A stretch of DNA of 64,000 nt from Cyanobacteria bacterium P01_D01_bin.156 (GCA_039024555.1 JBCCQQ010000014.1:32001-96000), one strand, 5' to 3'. Positions 28,236-38,784 are shown, counted from the first letter of the stretch. Notes: generated by a model not told the origin, from the sequence alone. A program made the numbers and translations.

Positions 28236-28940
28236 CTATGCTGTCATATCAAACAACAGAATCTCAGCATCCTCTGTTTGTCCTGTAATATCCAGATTAG
28301 GCACCGCTGCAACAGCAACACCATCACCAGCAACGAGCTGATGCTGATCAATCTGAACGTTACCCCGTACTACCTGTATCCAGATAGCGCGACCATCCGG
28401 CACAGCATAGCTAAGCTCCTCATTGGCTGCGAGTCTTGCTGAGTACAGGTTTACATCTTGGTGGATCGTAATCGAACCATCACGACCATCCTGAGACCCC
28501 ACTAGACGCAACTTCCCCTGCTTTTCCTCAGGGCTAAAGTAAATTTGCTCATACCCAGGCTCAATACCCTGCTTTTCAGGCAGCACCCAAATTTGGAGAA
28601 AGTGGACTGGCTGATCTTTAGAGGCATTGTATTCACTGTGGCTAATGCCGGTCCCTGCGGACATGCGCTGTACATCACCTGGCTTAATGATGGAGCCATT
28701 ACCAATGCTATCTTTATGCTCTAAAGCGCCATCAATCACATAGGAGATAATCTCCATATCTCGATGGCTGTGGGTAGAAAACCCTTGACCTGGAGCAACC
28801 CTATCTTCATTAATCACCCGTAAATTTCCAAACCCCATGTAGCTTGGGTCGTAGTAATTACCAAAAGAGAAGGTGTGATGACTGTCGAGCCAACCAAAAT
28901 TGGCATGACCTCTTTCGGATGCGGAGCGAATGCTGATCAT
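28236..28940 (-). CDS. Pirin family protein (YhhW-like)
   Basis: GWLDSHHTFSF, HSHRDMEIISY, HKDS, MSAGTGISHSE, FLQIW. Confidence 0.95.
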   Translation of the reverse strand: MISIRSASERGHANFGWLDSHHTFSFGNYYDPSYMGFGNLRVINEDRVAPGQGFSTHSHRDMEIISYVIDGALEHKDSIGNGSIIKPGDVQRMSAGTGISHSEYNASKDQPVHFLQIWVLPEKQGIEPGYEQIYFSPEEKQGKLRLVGSQDGRDGSITIHQDVNLYSARLAANEELSYAVPDGRAIWIQVVRGNVQIDQHQLVAGDGVAVAAVPNLDITGQTEDAEILLFDMTA

Positions 28941-29025
28941 AATTTTGGCCTCCCGTAGGTTTACGAGTAAATTTCGGACTTGGCTCTATTATGGATTGCA
29001 TCTGAAAAATATACAATAATCAATT

Positions 29026-29046
29026 TAATAGACATAATGTCTATTA
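29026..29046. promoter_or_regulatory. Inverted repeat, candidate LysR site
   Basis: TAATAGACAT-A-ATGTCTATTA between the divergent pirin and LysR genes. Confidence 0.55.
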
Positions 29047-29255
29047 TTAGAGGACAATAAAACAGTTAAACGTCGTTGCCGCACGATGTGGTCAGCCAAT
29101 TATTCTGCAGCCCCGATATTTCAAAGGTTGTGGCGTATGGCCTATTACAGGCAGCGTCGGTGCCCCAATGCCTACGGCTCAACCATATTTGTGGATTGAA
29201 GCATCCTTTTAGGTATCAACAGCGTCAATTATTGTGATTCATTCGCATTCAAAGC

Positions 29256-30206
29256 ATGGACAAGTTTGCTGCTATTCACGCTTTTGTAAGGGTGGTAGAG
29301 GCCAGAGGATTCGCAGCCGCTGCCAGGGAAATGGGTATGTCCCGTTCAGCCGTCAATAAGCTAGTCATTAGCCTCGAAAAGGATCTCGGGGTAAAACTTT
29401 TGCAGCGTAGCACCCGGAAGGTGACCCCAACGGCGACAGGCAGTGCTTTCTATGATCGGTGTTTGAGGATTGTGGCAGATCTAAAGGAAGCTGAACTCGC
29501 CGTTTCCCAAGCCCAGAGAGAACCGGTAGGCCCTCTACGCATTAATGCACCGATGACCTTTGGCACCATGCACCTAGGTCCAGCCTTGGCTGACTTTATG
29601 GTGCGATATCCAGGGGTGCAAATTCAGCTCACCCTAGACGATCGATTTATTGATCCCATCGCCGAGGGATTTGATCTGGTTTTACGCATTGCCCAACCCT
29701 CCACATTGCCTAACGTTGTGGTTCATGAGTTGGCCATGGTCCGCTGTTTGCTCTGTGCGTCTCCCACCTATTTATGGCATCGTGGCGTTCCACACTCAGT
29801 GCATGATTTAAAGGAACATAGTTGTTTAGCCTATGGAGAACTTGCCAATCATCATGAATGGACACTGACTAGCACTGAGAAAGAACAAAAGGTTTCTGTA
29901 GCGGGTGCCATGTGTTCTAACAACGGGGAAGTCTTACGAGATGCAGCCCTTGGCGGTTTAGGCATTGTGTTGTTGCCTGAATTTATTGTGAGAGAAAGTC
30001 TTAAAGAATGGCACCTGCAAGAAATTTTACTAGAGTCTCACCCACCCTCCTTATCCCTATGTATTATCTATCCCACAAATCGTCACTTATCCAATAAAGT
30101 ACAGTTGCTAACAACGTTCTTGCAACAGCGGTTTGACACGCTATTTGAAGCAGATAGCTACCCTTTGGGTAAACGCGCACAAACAAACTCTTCCATTTCT
30201 TCATAG
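29256..30206 (+). CDS. LysR family regulator (CrgA-like)
   Basis: FAAAAREMGMSRSAV...LLQRSTRKV HTH; DPIAEGFDLVLRI. Confidence 0.95.
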   Translation: MDKFAAIHAFVRVVEARGFAAAAREMGMSRSAVNKLVISLEKDLGVKLLQRSTRKVTPTATGSAFYDRCLRIVADLKEAELAVSQAQREPVGPLRINAPMTFGTMHLGPALADFMVRYPGVQIQLTLDDRFIDPIAEGFDLVLRIAQPSTLPNVVVHELAMVRCLLCASPTYLWHRGVPHSVHDLKEHSCLAYGELANHHEWTLTSTEKEQKVSVAGAMCSNNGEVLRDAALGGLGIVLLPEFIVRESLKEWHLQEILLESHPPSLSLCIIYPTNRHLSNKVQLLTTFLQQRFDTLFEADSYPLGKRAQTNSSISS

Positions 30207-30592
30207 AGAAACTGGAGCTTGAGTCCCGATACCGGATCAAAAGCTTGACCGCTGAGGTCCATGAGCTCCCCAACTCGATTAGCGATGAGTTCGCTAGAGC
30301 CACGCAGCGTGTCTGGGGCAATGCCACCACGACGTCCGGCTTCTAAAAAGGTAGCTTCCAAGTCTTCTCGTAAATAGGCTGGGTTAATGATGCCATTGGG
30401 AAAACTGACTGCCAAATAAGCCCTGCATTCTAGCTCCATACGATCCACACCGTTGCCCAGCATGATGGAGTAACCCTCATTATTGACAGTATCTGCCACC
30501 TCTGGAGTGTTCTCTATAGGAATAACCTGGGCGAACGCGGGGGCAGCAACGACAGCACAGACGCCGAGAATAGAAAACAAGAACGGTTTCAT
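30158..30592 (-). CDS. Secreted hypothetical protein
   Basis: Signal peptide ending AFA; 3' end overlaps the LysR gene. Confidence 0.7.
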   Translation of the reverse strand: MKPFLFSILGVCAVVAAPAFAQVIPIENTPEVADTVNNEGYSIMLGNGVDRMELECRAYLAVSFPNGIINPAYLREDLEATFLEAGRRGGIAPDTLRGSSELIANRVGELMDLSGQAFDPVSGLKLQFLYEEMEEFVCARLPKG

Positions 30593-30646
30593 GGGAAACG
30601 AAGGTATATCTACTGAGATTGCAGTCTAACCCGATACTATATCTTT

Positions 30647-30770
30647 GGCGTTGCTGATCTCGGCATAATTTTAATTTTCACAGTCTGTATCTTAAACAGG
30701 CTTGCAGTTTCATCCGTTAAATCAGCAACGGTGATTTTGCAGCTCATTGCTATCGCCGAGATCAGCAACG
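30647..30770. repeat. MITE-like inverted-repeat element
   Basis: 16-bp perfect IR CGTTGCTGATCTCGGC (30649) / GCCGAGATCAGCAACG (30755), with an internal ATCAGCAACG at 30721. Confidence 0.65.
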
Positions 30771-30845
30771 TACTTATCCTTACACTCGGCTCACCATAGG
30801 TCCGGGTATCGTTCCCTAACGTGTTTTAACCAGCCCTTTTCATTC

Positions 30846-31574
30846 ATGCAATTTACGCCCCCTCAAAGTCCAGAAACACCGATTCATCCAATTTTTGATC
30901 GTCCCTGGTATCGTCGTTTTGAAGCCTGGCTAGGAAACTCTTCCCCCCTGGGGAATGCCCCTATTTTTCCAGCAGATACCTTCCCTTGGGCCAGCCAGCT
31001 TGAAAAAAACTGGACCGTGATTCGCCAAGAACTGGACCAGGTGCTAGCTGATGTCAATGGTCTGCCCAGCTTTCAGGACATTATGCCCCGGCAAAATCGC
31101 ATTAGCCCGGACAATAAGTGGAAAACCTATTACTTTTGCGCCTTCGGATTTGTTGCTACTAAAAATTGTGAGCAATGTCCCGGAACATGGGCACTCCTCA
31201 AGGATATTCCCGGCTTAAAGGTGGCGTTTTTCTCAATTCTGGCACCGGGGAAACATATTCCAGAACATCGGGGTAAGCACAAGGGGCTGGTGCGCTACCA
31301 TCTGGGGCTACGGGTGCCCGAGCCCAAGGAAAAATGCCGGATTCGTGTAGATGACACGATTACCTATTGGGAAGAGGGTAAAAGCTTGATTTTTGACGAT
31401 ACCTATTACCACGAAGTCTGGAATGACACCGACGGCTATCGGGTAGTGCTGTTTCTAGATATCGAGCGTCCCTTTGATTTTCCTCTCTCGTGGGTAAATG
31501 GGGCTATTTCAAAACTTTTGGCGCTATCTCCCCAGGTAAAACAAGCTAAGGAAAACTACGAGAAATTTAGCTAA
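30846..31574 (+). CDS. Aspartyl/asparaginyl beta-hydroxylase family Fe/2OG dioxygenase
   Basis: FFSILAPGKHIPEHRG, RYHLGL, WEEGKSLIFDDTYYHEVWN, RVVLFLDIERP. Confidence 0.9.
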   Translation: MQFTPPQSPETPIHPIFDRPWYRRFEAWLGNSSPLGNAPIFPADTFPWASQLEKNWTVIRQELDQVLADVNGLPSFQDIMPRQNRISPDNKWKTYYFCAFGFVATKNCEQCPGTWALLKDIPGLKVAFFSILAPGKHIPEHRGKHKGLVRYHLGLRVPEPKEKCRIRVDDTITYWEEGKSLIFDDTYYHEVWNDTDGYRVVLFLDIERPFDFPLSWVNGAISKLLALSPQVKQAKENYEKFS

Positions 31575-31596
31575 AGGGTGCTATCTTGCAAGCTGC

Positions 31597-32097
31597 CTAC
31601 CACCAGCGAACAGCGAGCATGGATGCCTCAGGAATGTCATCTTCCGCAGGCCATTCCATGGGCTTGTAGGTACCGAAAATATGGTCCCACCAGTCCACGC
31701 CCAGGCCAAAATTATGGTTCCACATGCCGTACTTATGGTGCACATAGTGGACTGGCATTTTCATCCAGAAGCATTTACGGGGGTTCTCATGCTGAAGCTG
31801 GTGGGCATAGGCAGAAAATGCGGCATAAACAAATGCGCCACTGGCCCAGCCCAATCCCACTACCAGGGAAAAGATAAAGGGAACAGCCATTGCGATCGCA
31901 CTGCCTAACACATAATCACGAAACTCCCACAGCACGCCTTGACCTTCGTTGCGGCGATGGTGGTCGCGGTGACGCTTACCAACTTTGGGAGACACATGCA
32001 TCAGCCGATGCAGCCAGTACTCCACAAAACTGGCAAACACAAAGGCTGCAATCAAACTAACGGCAAACACAACGGTCTGGGGCATGGGGAAATCCAT
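31597..32097 (-). CDS. Fatty acid hydroxylase / sterol desaturase family protein
   Basis: His boxes HRLMH, HRDHH, HQLQH, HYVHH; NFG..WWDHIFGT. Confidence 0.9.
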   Translation of the reverse strand: MDFPMPQTVVFAVSLIAAFVFASFVEYWLHRLMHVSPKVGKRHRDHHRRNEGQGVLWEFRDYVLGSAIAMAVPFIFSLVVGLGWASGAFVYAAFSAYAHQLQHENPRKCFWMKMPVHYVHHKYGMWNHNFGLGVDWWDHIFGTYKPMEWPAEDDIPEASMLAVRWW

Positions 32098-32203
32098 AGA
32101 AATACGCCAGCAGGGAAAAATATATGGGCAAACCACAACGCCACTGCTCATCCTATTATTGTGAAATCTTTTTAAGTTTACAAGCCGGATTGTTAAGTAA
32201 CCT

Positions 32204-33880
32204 ATGGCTCAGCCAGTCTTATCTGTGTTTGCGATGGCGGCCCAATGGCAGCAGCGCGCATTTACCAGCCAGCTCCCCAAAGCCGAAACGATCCAGGCGA
32301 CGTTTCTAAAAAACCTAATCCAGGAGCACCGCGATACGGCTCTAGGCCAGGCCCTAAAACTGGAGCAGATCAGCAGCATTGGTGAATTTCGTCAGCGGTT
32401 ACCCCGGTGGACCTATGACGATTACGCTCCTTACTTTGAGCGAACGGCTATGGGGGAAAAAAACGTGGTCTCACCACTGCCGGTACACACCTTTAATATG
32501 AGCAGCGGCTCCACCGGTAGCCGTAAGCTCATTCCCATTACTAAGCGGGTTCAGCAAACCCGTGCCTATGCTAATCAGGTGGCTATGGGGTATGCCTTTG
32601 AACAGGCTAAAAAACAAGGCCATAGGGTCGGTCAATTGCTGTTGACGACTCTCATTAAACCTTTGGGCAAAACCGATGGAGGCATTACCTATGGCCATGT
32701 CAGCGGCAACCAGCTACGCACCACATCGCCGTTGGTTTATAACCGGCTATTTGTCCAACCCTATGAGGCACTGCTGATTAACGATACCGCTGCCCGCAAC
32801 TATGCGTGTTTATTATTTAGCCTGAGGCAGCCACAGCTGGCCTATATGGCAGCCAACTTTCCACTGATTATGCTGCAGCTGTGTGCTTACCTAGAGCGGT
32901 TTGGCCCAGCCCTGGTCGAAGACGTAGCCCAGGGCACCCTATCTACCAAGATGCCCATTGAGCCTGATTTACGACGTAAGTTAGAGCAAACCCTATCGCC
33001 TCAACCTCAGCGCGCCCAAGCATTACAAACCCTACTCAGTACCTACGGTCGGTTACTGCCACGCCATGTGTGGCCCGATCTTGCCTTTTTAATTACGGCC
33101 CGAGGCGGTCCGTCAGACTTTTACCTTGAGCGCTTTGGTGAATACTTTGGTGATGTTCCTACCTTTGGAGGAACCTATTCGTCTTCGGAAGCGGTGTTTG
33201 GTAGCTGCTACCAGCTAAATGGTGATGGAGCCATTTTGGCATTAAAAACAAACTTTTTTGAGTTTGTTGCCCCAGACCAGTGGGATAAGGATACACCGCA
33301 AACATTGCTGCCCCACGAGCTACAAGTTGGCGAATATTACCGGGTATTGATAACTAACTATTCTGGATTCTACCGTTACGACATTGGCGATGTGCTTCAG
33401 GTGGTGGATATGCGCCAAGGGGTGCCAGTGATTGTGTTTCGCTATCGGCAGGGGGGCACACTGTCAGCCATTTCAGAAAAGACGACAGAGTACCATGTGT
33501 CGCAGGTAATGGCTGCGTTGCAGAATAAATTACCGGTGGAAGACTTTTGTGTCACCCTGTCGGAGGCCTTGGTGGAACCTTATTATGTGTTGAATGTAGA
33601 ACTCACTGGAGAGACAGTTGAGACGGAGCTACAACACTTGTTGCACGCATTTGACCAGGGGATGCAACAGGCCAATGAGTCCTATGGACTTAAACGTAAA
33701 AAGAATGACATTACGGTTCCTCAGCTCAATGTGCTAGCAGCGGGTAGCTTTAAGCAACTGCGGCAGCAGCGATTAAAGCCTGGAATTTCTGACGATGCCC
33801 AGGTGAAGTTGAGCCACATTAGTAGCGATCGCGCCCTGCTAAACGGCATCAATATCATTCATCGACTGCGCATCATGTAA
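32204..33880 (+). CDS. GH3 family acyl-adenylate/amide ligase
   Basis: SSGSTGSRKLIP, TYSSSEA, FFEF, GFYRYDIGD. Confidence 0.92.
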   Translation: MAQPVLSVFAMAAQWQQRAFTSQLPKAETIQATFLKNLIQEHRDTALGQALKLEQISSIGEFRQRLPRWTYDDYAPYFERTAMGEKNVVSPLPVHTFNMSSGSTGSRKLIPITKRVQQTRAYANQVAMGYAFEQAKKQGHRVGQLLLTTLIKPLGKTDGGITYGHVSGNQLRTTSPLVYNRLFVQPYEALLINDTAARNYACLLFSLRQPQLAYMAANFPLIMLQLCAYLERFGPALVEDVAQGTLSTKMPIEPDLRRKLEQTLSPQPQRAQALQTLLSTYGRLLPRHVWPDLAFLITARGGPSDFYLERFGEYFGDVPTFGGTYSSSEAVFGSCYQLNGDGAILALKTNFFEFVAPDQWDKDTPQTLLPHELQVGEYYRVLITNYSGFYRYDIGDVLQVVDMRQGVPVIVFRYRQGGTLSAISEKTTEYHVSQVMAALQNKLPVEDFCVTLSEALVEPYYVLNVELTGETVETELQHLLHAFDQGMQQANESYGLKRKKNDITVPQLNVLAAGSFKQLRQQRLKPGISDDAQVKLSHISSDRALLNGINIIHRLRIM

Positions 33881-36370
33881 TGACTTCAGACACATCGCTA
33901 CAGATTGAAGAGAGGGTTGAACAGTGTTCGGAGCAATTAACTCTAACCGCCCATTGGTGCCACTGATTTGCCAATCTATGGCTTCTACCGGGAGACTATT
34001 AGCAGCTGAAGACTGGTTCTCTAGGCTGACGGCGATATCGTCAGCCGTGTAGGGCTCACGGGTATCACTCCAAACATTGTCAGCAGTGAGAGATTCGGTG
34101 GGTATCTGAGGAGATCCTCCCCGACCCGTCATCACAAAATTTTGGGCACCGACTCCACATCCTTGAGTAATTTGACGGCTTCTATCTTCCAAGTTGTCAG
34201 GTAACTCTACTAAACTAGCCGCAATCTCCTCACCGAGATTGGTAATCACCACTGAACCATCGATACCAAATTCAGAGCTCGCCGTAATGTCACTCTCTGG
34301 AGTCAGTTGATTGCGGAAAGCTAACCCTACAATTCCCTGGGTTTGAATATTGATATTTCCTCCGTTTCCAGTGACCGCGTTGGCAACAATATCACTGTTA
34401 CCAACACCTAAAATAACCGGAGCCGTGATATAGATATTTCCTCCATTGCCGTTGCTCAAAGAGCGCACATCAATTTGACCACGCTCCTGCAGGCTCAATA
34501 GGGTGTCAACATTGAGGTAAACATTCCCACCATCCCCAGCAAAGGTCAGAGCAGATATATTTCCCTGCTGCTCAAGCTTAAGAATATCAGCATTTACCGT
34601 TAAATCTCCCGTATCACCAAGACCATTGTCAATCACTCCGACACTTAATGCGCCTCGATCGCTAACGACAATGTTTGATGCATTGATAGTGACATTGCCA
34701 GCATCTCCTTCAACAATCTCTGGTAGCCCGACTAGTATGCCCAGAGCCGTATTGGCAAGAGAAACCGCCGAAGACCCCACCAGTGTAGGATTTCTATCGA
34801 CACCTTCCCCTGGGGTTCCACGGACCTCAAGGAGTTCAGAGATATTTAGTAGAATGTCCCCACCATTGCCTACGTCATGGGTAGACGCTAGCACACCTGC
34901 CCCTTCTTGAATGCTGAGCCTAGGGGTTGTAACAGTGACAGAACCCGCATTGCCTGCCCCAAAGGTAACTGTATCAATGGAACTCTTAGAAAAAGCGCTC
35001 TCACCGATCAATGTAATGGATTCGGTCGCTGTTACTGAGAGATCTCCCCCTTGCCCTGCCCCTGCCGTAAGCGATGAAATACTAGCTGAATCAGTAATTA
35101 AGATGGTTTCGGCATCCACGGTGACTGTAGCGGCATCGCCTGAACTAAAAACCCAACTTCCAACCGTACTCGGCTGACTTGGATCGATAACAGCTGCCCC
35201 AGTCAAGAAAATTTCTCCTTGACTAGCCACTTGCACATCTCCGGCTGGGGCCGGTCCATAGCTATTGGAACCGACAAAGCTTCCCTTGGTCACAACAATA
35301 TCTTGAGCATTGATAACCACATCTCCCCCTTCACCAAGACCAAAATTCTGGGTAATAATCTGGCTAGGAAGTGCACCCAAACCACCGTCTACAGTTAAGT
35401 CATTATCAGCCGATAAGCGCAGAACTCCACCTGGCAGAGATCCATAATTTTGTTCCACAATAACCGAGCTCTCTTCAACGTAGATATTATCTCCTTGAAG
35501 GGTAATATCACCCGATCCAAAACCACTAACATTCAGCAGTGCTGAAGATTCTAGGGAAATATCTCCCAATACTGATGTAGATGACGTGGCCACATAAGAG
35601 CCTGAACTATCGGGCTGTGTAGAAAACTGCCCTGACGCTAACGCCGCAAGATTAAGATGGCCAGAGCTCGCAAATAAACGCCCACCGTCCACCGTCACAT
35701 TTCCCCCTACGAGGGTGATTTCCTGACCGGGTTGTACCGCTAAACCGAGAGGCGTTGTTGATAAATCGAGAGGAGAAAAACTATTGAGGGTAATATTGTG
35801 CCCGCTGTTGTTTACTTGAATGTCGCCAGGATTATTCCCCATATTCAGGCCAATCGGGGTGCTAACCGTCAACATGGGAGCTACCGCTGGTGCGATCGCA
35901 CTAAACTCTACATTATCAGCAAATACAACCGAATCTGCCGTGCTAGCCAGAAACGACCCTGGCAATGCCAAACTGGCATTAGGGCCAAGCGTAATGCCAT
36001 TGGGGTTGATCAGATACAAGTCAGGATTATTCCCTCCAAACAGTCCTAACTGACTGTTAATCAAGGATACATTGCTGCCAGTCACACGGCCAATAACGGT
36101 ATCTACGCCACTTTGAGCACCATCGAGTAGAAATAAAACATCCGTCCCCTCAGGGGAAAAGTCAGAAAAACTATGAAAAAGTGTTGTTAGCTGCTGGGTA
36201 CCACCTGTAATCAACAATCCACCACTGCCGTCAGGAATAACCGCTGTCCCCACTGTGCCATCCGGGTTAACAGTCGTCTGAGCCTGAACAGGCATACTCA
36301 GCACGTAGCAAAGGCTCAGGAGTACTGAGCTTTGTTGTACAACAGTGGTAAACAGTGTTTTCTTTAACAC
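33839..36370 (-). CDS. Filamentous-hemagglutinin-type TpsA exoprotein
   Basis: LFHSFSDF, RVTG, LYLINPNGI, GSFLASTA TPS domain; G-x-G-G beta-helix repeats; SDITASS; GRGG. Confidence 0.92.
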   Translation of the reverse strand: MLKKTLFTTVVQQSSVLLSLCYVLSMPVQAQTTVNPDGTVGTAVIPDGSGGLLITGGTQQLTTLFHSFSDFSPEGTDVLFLLDGAQSGVDTVIGRVTGSNVSLINSQLGLFGGNNPDLYLINPNGITLGPNASLALPGSFLASTADSVVFADNVEFSAIAPAVAPMLTVSTPIGLNMGNNPGDIQVNNSGHNITLNSFSPLDLSTTPLGLAVQPGQEITLVGGNVTVDGGRLFASSGHLNLAALASGQFSTQPDSSGSYVATSSTSVLGDISLESSALLNVSGFGSGDITLQGDNIYVEESSVIVEQNYGSLPGGVLRLSADNDLTVDGGLGALPSQIITQNFGLGEGGDVVINAQDIVVTKGSFVGSNSYGPAPAGDVQVASQGEIFLTGAAVIDPSQPSTVGSWVFSSGDAATVTVDAETILITDSASISSLTAGAGQGGDLSVTATESITLIGESAFSKSSIDTVTFGAGNAGSVTVTTPRLSIQEGAGVLASTHDVGNGGDILLNISELLEVRGTPGEGVDRNPTLVGSSAVSLANTALGILVGLPEIVEGDAGNVTINASNIVVSDRGALSVGVIDNGLGDTGDLTVNADILKLEQQGNISALTFAGDGGNVYLNVDTLLSLQERGQIDVRSLSNGNGGNIYITAPVILGVGNSDIVANAVTGNGGNINIQTQGIVGLAFRNQLTPESDITASSEFGIDGSVVITNLGEEIAASLVELPDNLEDRSRQITQGCGVGAQNFVMTGRGGSPQIPTESLTADNVWSDTREPYTADDIAVSLENQSSAANSLPVEAIDWQISGTNGRLELIAPNTVQPSLQSVAMCLKSLHDAQSMNDIDAV

Positions 36371-36631
36371 AGTGGATATTGCTTTATCTAGGATCTCTGT
36401 TCACTAGATTGCCCTAGAAGATAAGAGATTTATGTCCGTAACTTTTCTGAAAGCCTTTGAGTAAAGCTCAGTTTACTGTAAGCCCAACAGACAGATTCTA
36501 AAATATAGCTACAGTTATACCCTCTCAGGGCAGTCGTTTCCACCACAAAACAGACGACAGAAACGCCTACATAAGGCGAAGCCAGATCGTGCTAATCCAA
36601 AATGCCTTTGCTACAAAGTTAGTGAGAATGT

Positions 36632-38428
36632 CTAGAAGGGAGTGTACTGAATTGAGAAATAAATCCCGCTATCCTGCAGCCCGTCATCATCGTCCCCAGT
36701 ATCCAAATCCACTAGGGGGATACCCCAGTCTAGCCGAGCGGATAAACGATTTCCCTGTTGCCACAACAATCCAAACCCAGCCCCTACAAGGGTATCTTTG
36801 CCAGGGTTGTTGCCGTTATGGTTCCAGACCGTTCCCATATCGATAAAGGGAGTAATCTGTAACAGCCCATTTACCTCGGGTACCGTTGCAACGGGCCAGC
36901 GTAGTTCTGCCGACAGCAAAGCACCACTATCACGACGCAGTGCATCTTGGCGATAGCCCCGTACACTTTGGCTACCCCCTAGACTAAACTCTTCTTGAGA
37001 TAACAGATCGTCCGCCGCTACCTGTAAATCTCCCCTTAGGAAGAACAAGCGATTTGGTTTGCCAAGCTGTTTTACCCATTGCCCTTGACCACGCCAGGAG
37101 AAAAATCGGCTGTCGGGGGCATTGTCGTTGATATTAGAATCCAGCAGATCTAAACCCAGGTTAAACTGCGATCGCAAGGCTAGAACATGGCTTTGACTGC
37201 GCTGGGTCCATTCCTGGGAAAATCTTAGGGCACTAATCCGGGTACGACCATTTTCATCGGCACCAGGAGATAGGGGAAACGGTCCAATGTCATCTAACCC
37301 TAAACTAGTTTGACTGGACTGGTGGGATAGGGTTAACCCCAAAGCCGCTTCCTGGGTCGGTGTTTCAATCAGCGGATGACGATAGCCCAGTTCGTAATAA
37401 GAACTTTCAGAGGAAATATCAAGTACCGAAAACGCCGAGTTGATCACCCGACTGTCAGAGTATCCTGCTGCCAAACGTATAGTGTCATTGTTAGGGCTAA
37501 CTGGAATGGTGTAGCTAAAGTCCACACCGTCGCTGCCTTCAGTATGCTTATAGGTCAGATTAATGCGATCGCCAATACCAAATAGGTTGCCTTCTTCAAC
37601 ACCTATCGTGGCTTGAGTCCCCCCAATATTAGGAGAACGGGTATTGGCCAAACTCGTGTTCACAGCAAATGAATCGGCTTCTACCACATCGATCACCAGC
37701 ACGCTGGTCCCTGGCTTGACCCCAGCCTGTAAATCAGCGGATACCGTTTCAATTAACGGGTCCAGCTGTAATCTCTGTAACCCAGTCAACAGCTTGTCCA
37801 CATTGAGGGGGGGCTGGGCAACTAATCCCACCCGACTGCGAATGTAAGCTTGATCTAAACGATGAGTTCCATTCACCACCACCTCTTCTAGCTGGCCCTC
37901 AATGACCTGAACGGTGACGATATCATCAACAACCGTCTGGGGTGGAATTAAGGCACCAGATGTTAGATACCCATTATCGACATAGCGTTGCGTCACCTCA
38001 GAACGCAGCTGTAGGAGCTCATTAAAACTAACCTGCCGAGCGCGATAGGGAGCAATTAAGTCCTCCCAGTCGGCATCTTCAAACACAGTACTACCAACAA
38101 TTTTAATGTCGGCCACATAAAACGTTGCGGCTTCATCATCCCCTAACTGTTGCTGAGAGGGCAGCGAATCATCGGTAGGACCAAGCAATTCATCGGGCGG
38201 CGGTAACGGTGGCAACAGCTCATCCGGCAGATCTGGATCTGGAAGAGTCTCTGGTGGCAGCGGTCGTGGCAAAGCAGGGTTAGGAGAAGTGCCTGGCGGC
38301 AGCGGTGATACTTGCGCCAACAAAGCACTGGGCGCTCCCTGGCGCATAGCCGGATAGAGTAAAATGCAGCCACACTGACCCAGGCCGAGCAAAACCTTGG
38401 TGATTCTGTGTTTGTCGATCAATGCCAT
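36632..38428 (-). CDS. ShlB/FhaC/HecB family TpsB transporter
   Basis: POTRA (YVDNGYLTSGA), LGGSQSVRGYRQD, terminal Phe. Confidence 0.93.
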   Translation of the reverse strand: MALIDKHRITKVLLGLGQCGCILLYPAMRQGAPSALLAQVSPLPPGTSPNPALPRPLPPETLPDPDLPDELLPPLPPPDELLGPTDDSLPSQQQLGDDEAATFYVADIKIVGSTVFEDADWEDLIAPYRARQVSFNELLQLRSEVTQRYVDNGYLTSGALIPPQTVVDDIVTVQVIEGQLEEVVVNGTHRLDQAYIRSRVGLVAQPPLNVDKLLTGLQRLQLDPLIETVSADLQAGVKPGTSVLVIDVVEADSFAVNTSLANTRSPNIGGTQATIGVEEGNLFGIGDRINLTYKHTEGSDGVDFSYTIPVSPNNDTIRLAAGYSDSRVINSAFSVLDISSESSYYELGYRHPLIETPTQEAALGLTLSHQSSQTSLGLDDIGPFPLSPGADENGRTRISALRFSQEWTQRSQSHVLALRSQFNLGLDLLDSNINDNAPDSRFFSWRGQGQWVKQLGKPNRLFFLRGDLQVAADDLLSQEEFSLGGSQSVRGYRQDALRRDSGALLSAELRWPVATVPEVNGLLQITPFIDMGTVWNHNGNNPGKDTLVGAGFGLLWQQGNRLSARLDWGIPLVDLDTGDDDDGLQDSGIYFSIQYTPF

Positions 38429-38696
38429 AGCCCTTTACTAGATGCCCTGAAGTCGAGTACAAACCCGTTAGCAATTTCAGAGTGCCCTGGCACATCGTAA
38501 GATCCACGCCCTACATCAATAACCTTTGAAGAATAGGGTCGATTGTTTAGTAAAACACTCTGATAACGGGCAAAAAAACCATACCACTGAAAGTTGATAA
38601 GTCATGGTTACCAGACATTTTGATGCTACCCCCCCAAACCATCACAGCGTCATGTCTGAGTATTGGCCTTGATCTGCTCAGGGCCTAGGGTAACGA

Positions 38697-38784
38697 GGCG
38701 TTGCTGCTCCTGGGAATGATCTTATCTGTCAAATCTAAACCGGTCAGTTCTATAGATCGTTTTATCCCCTAAATTAACAACGGC
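38697..38784. repeat. ~88-bp MITE-like repeat copy
   Basis: GGCGTTGCTG...TTATCTGtCAAATC...AGTTCTAtAGATCGT...TCCCCTAAATtAaCAACGGC; aligns with 60608-60698. Confidence 0.7.
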
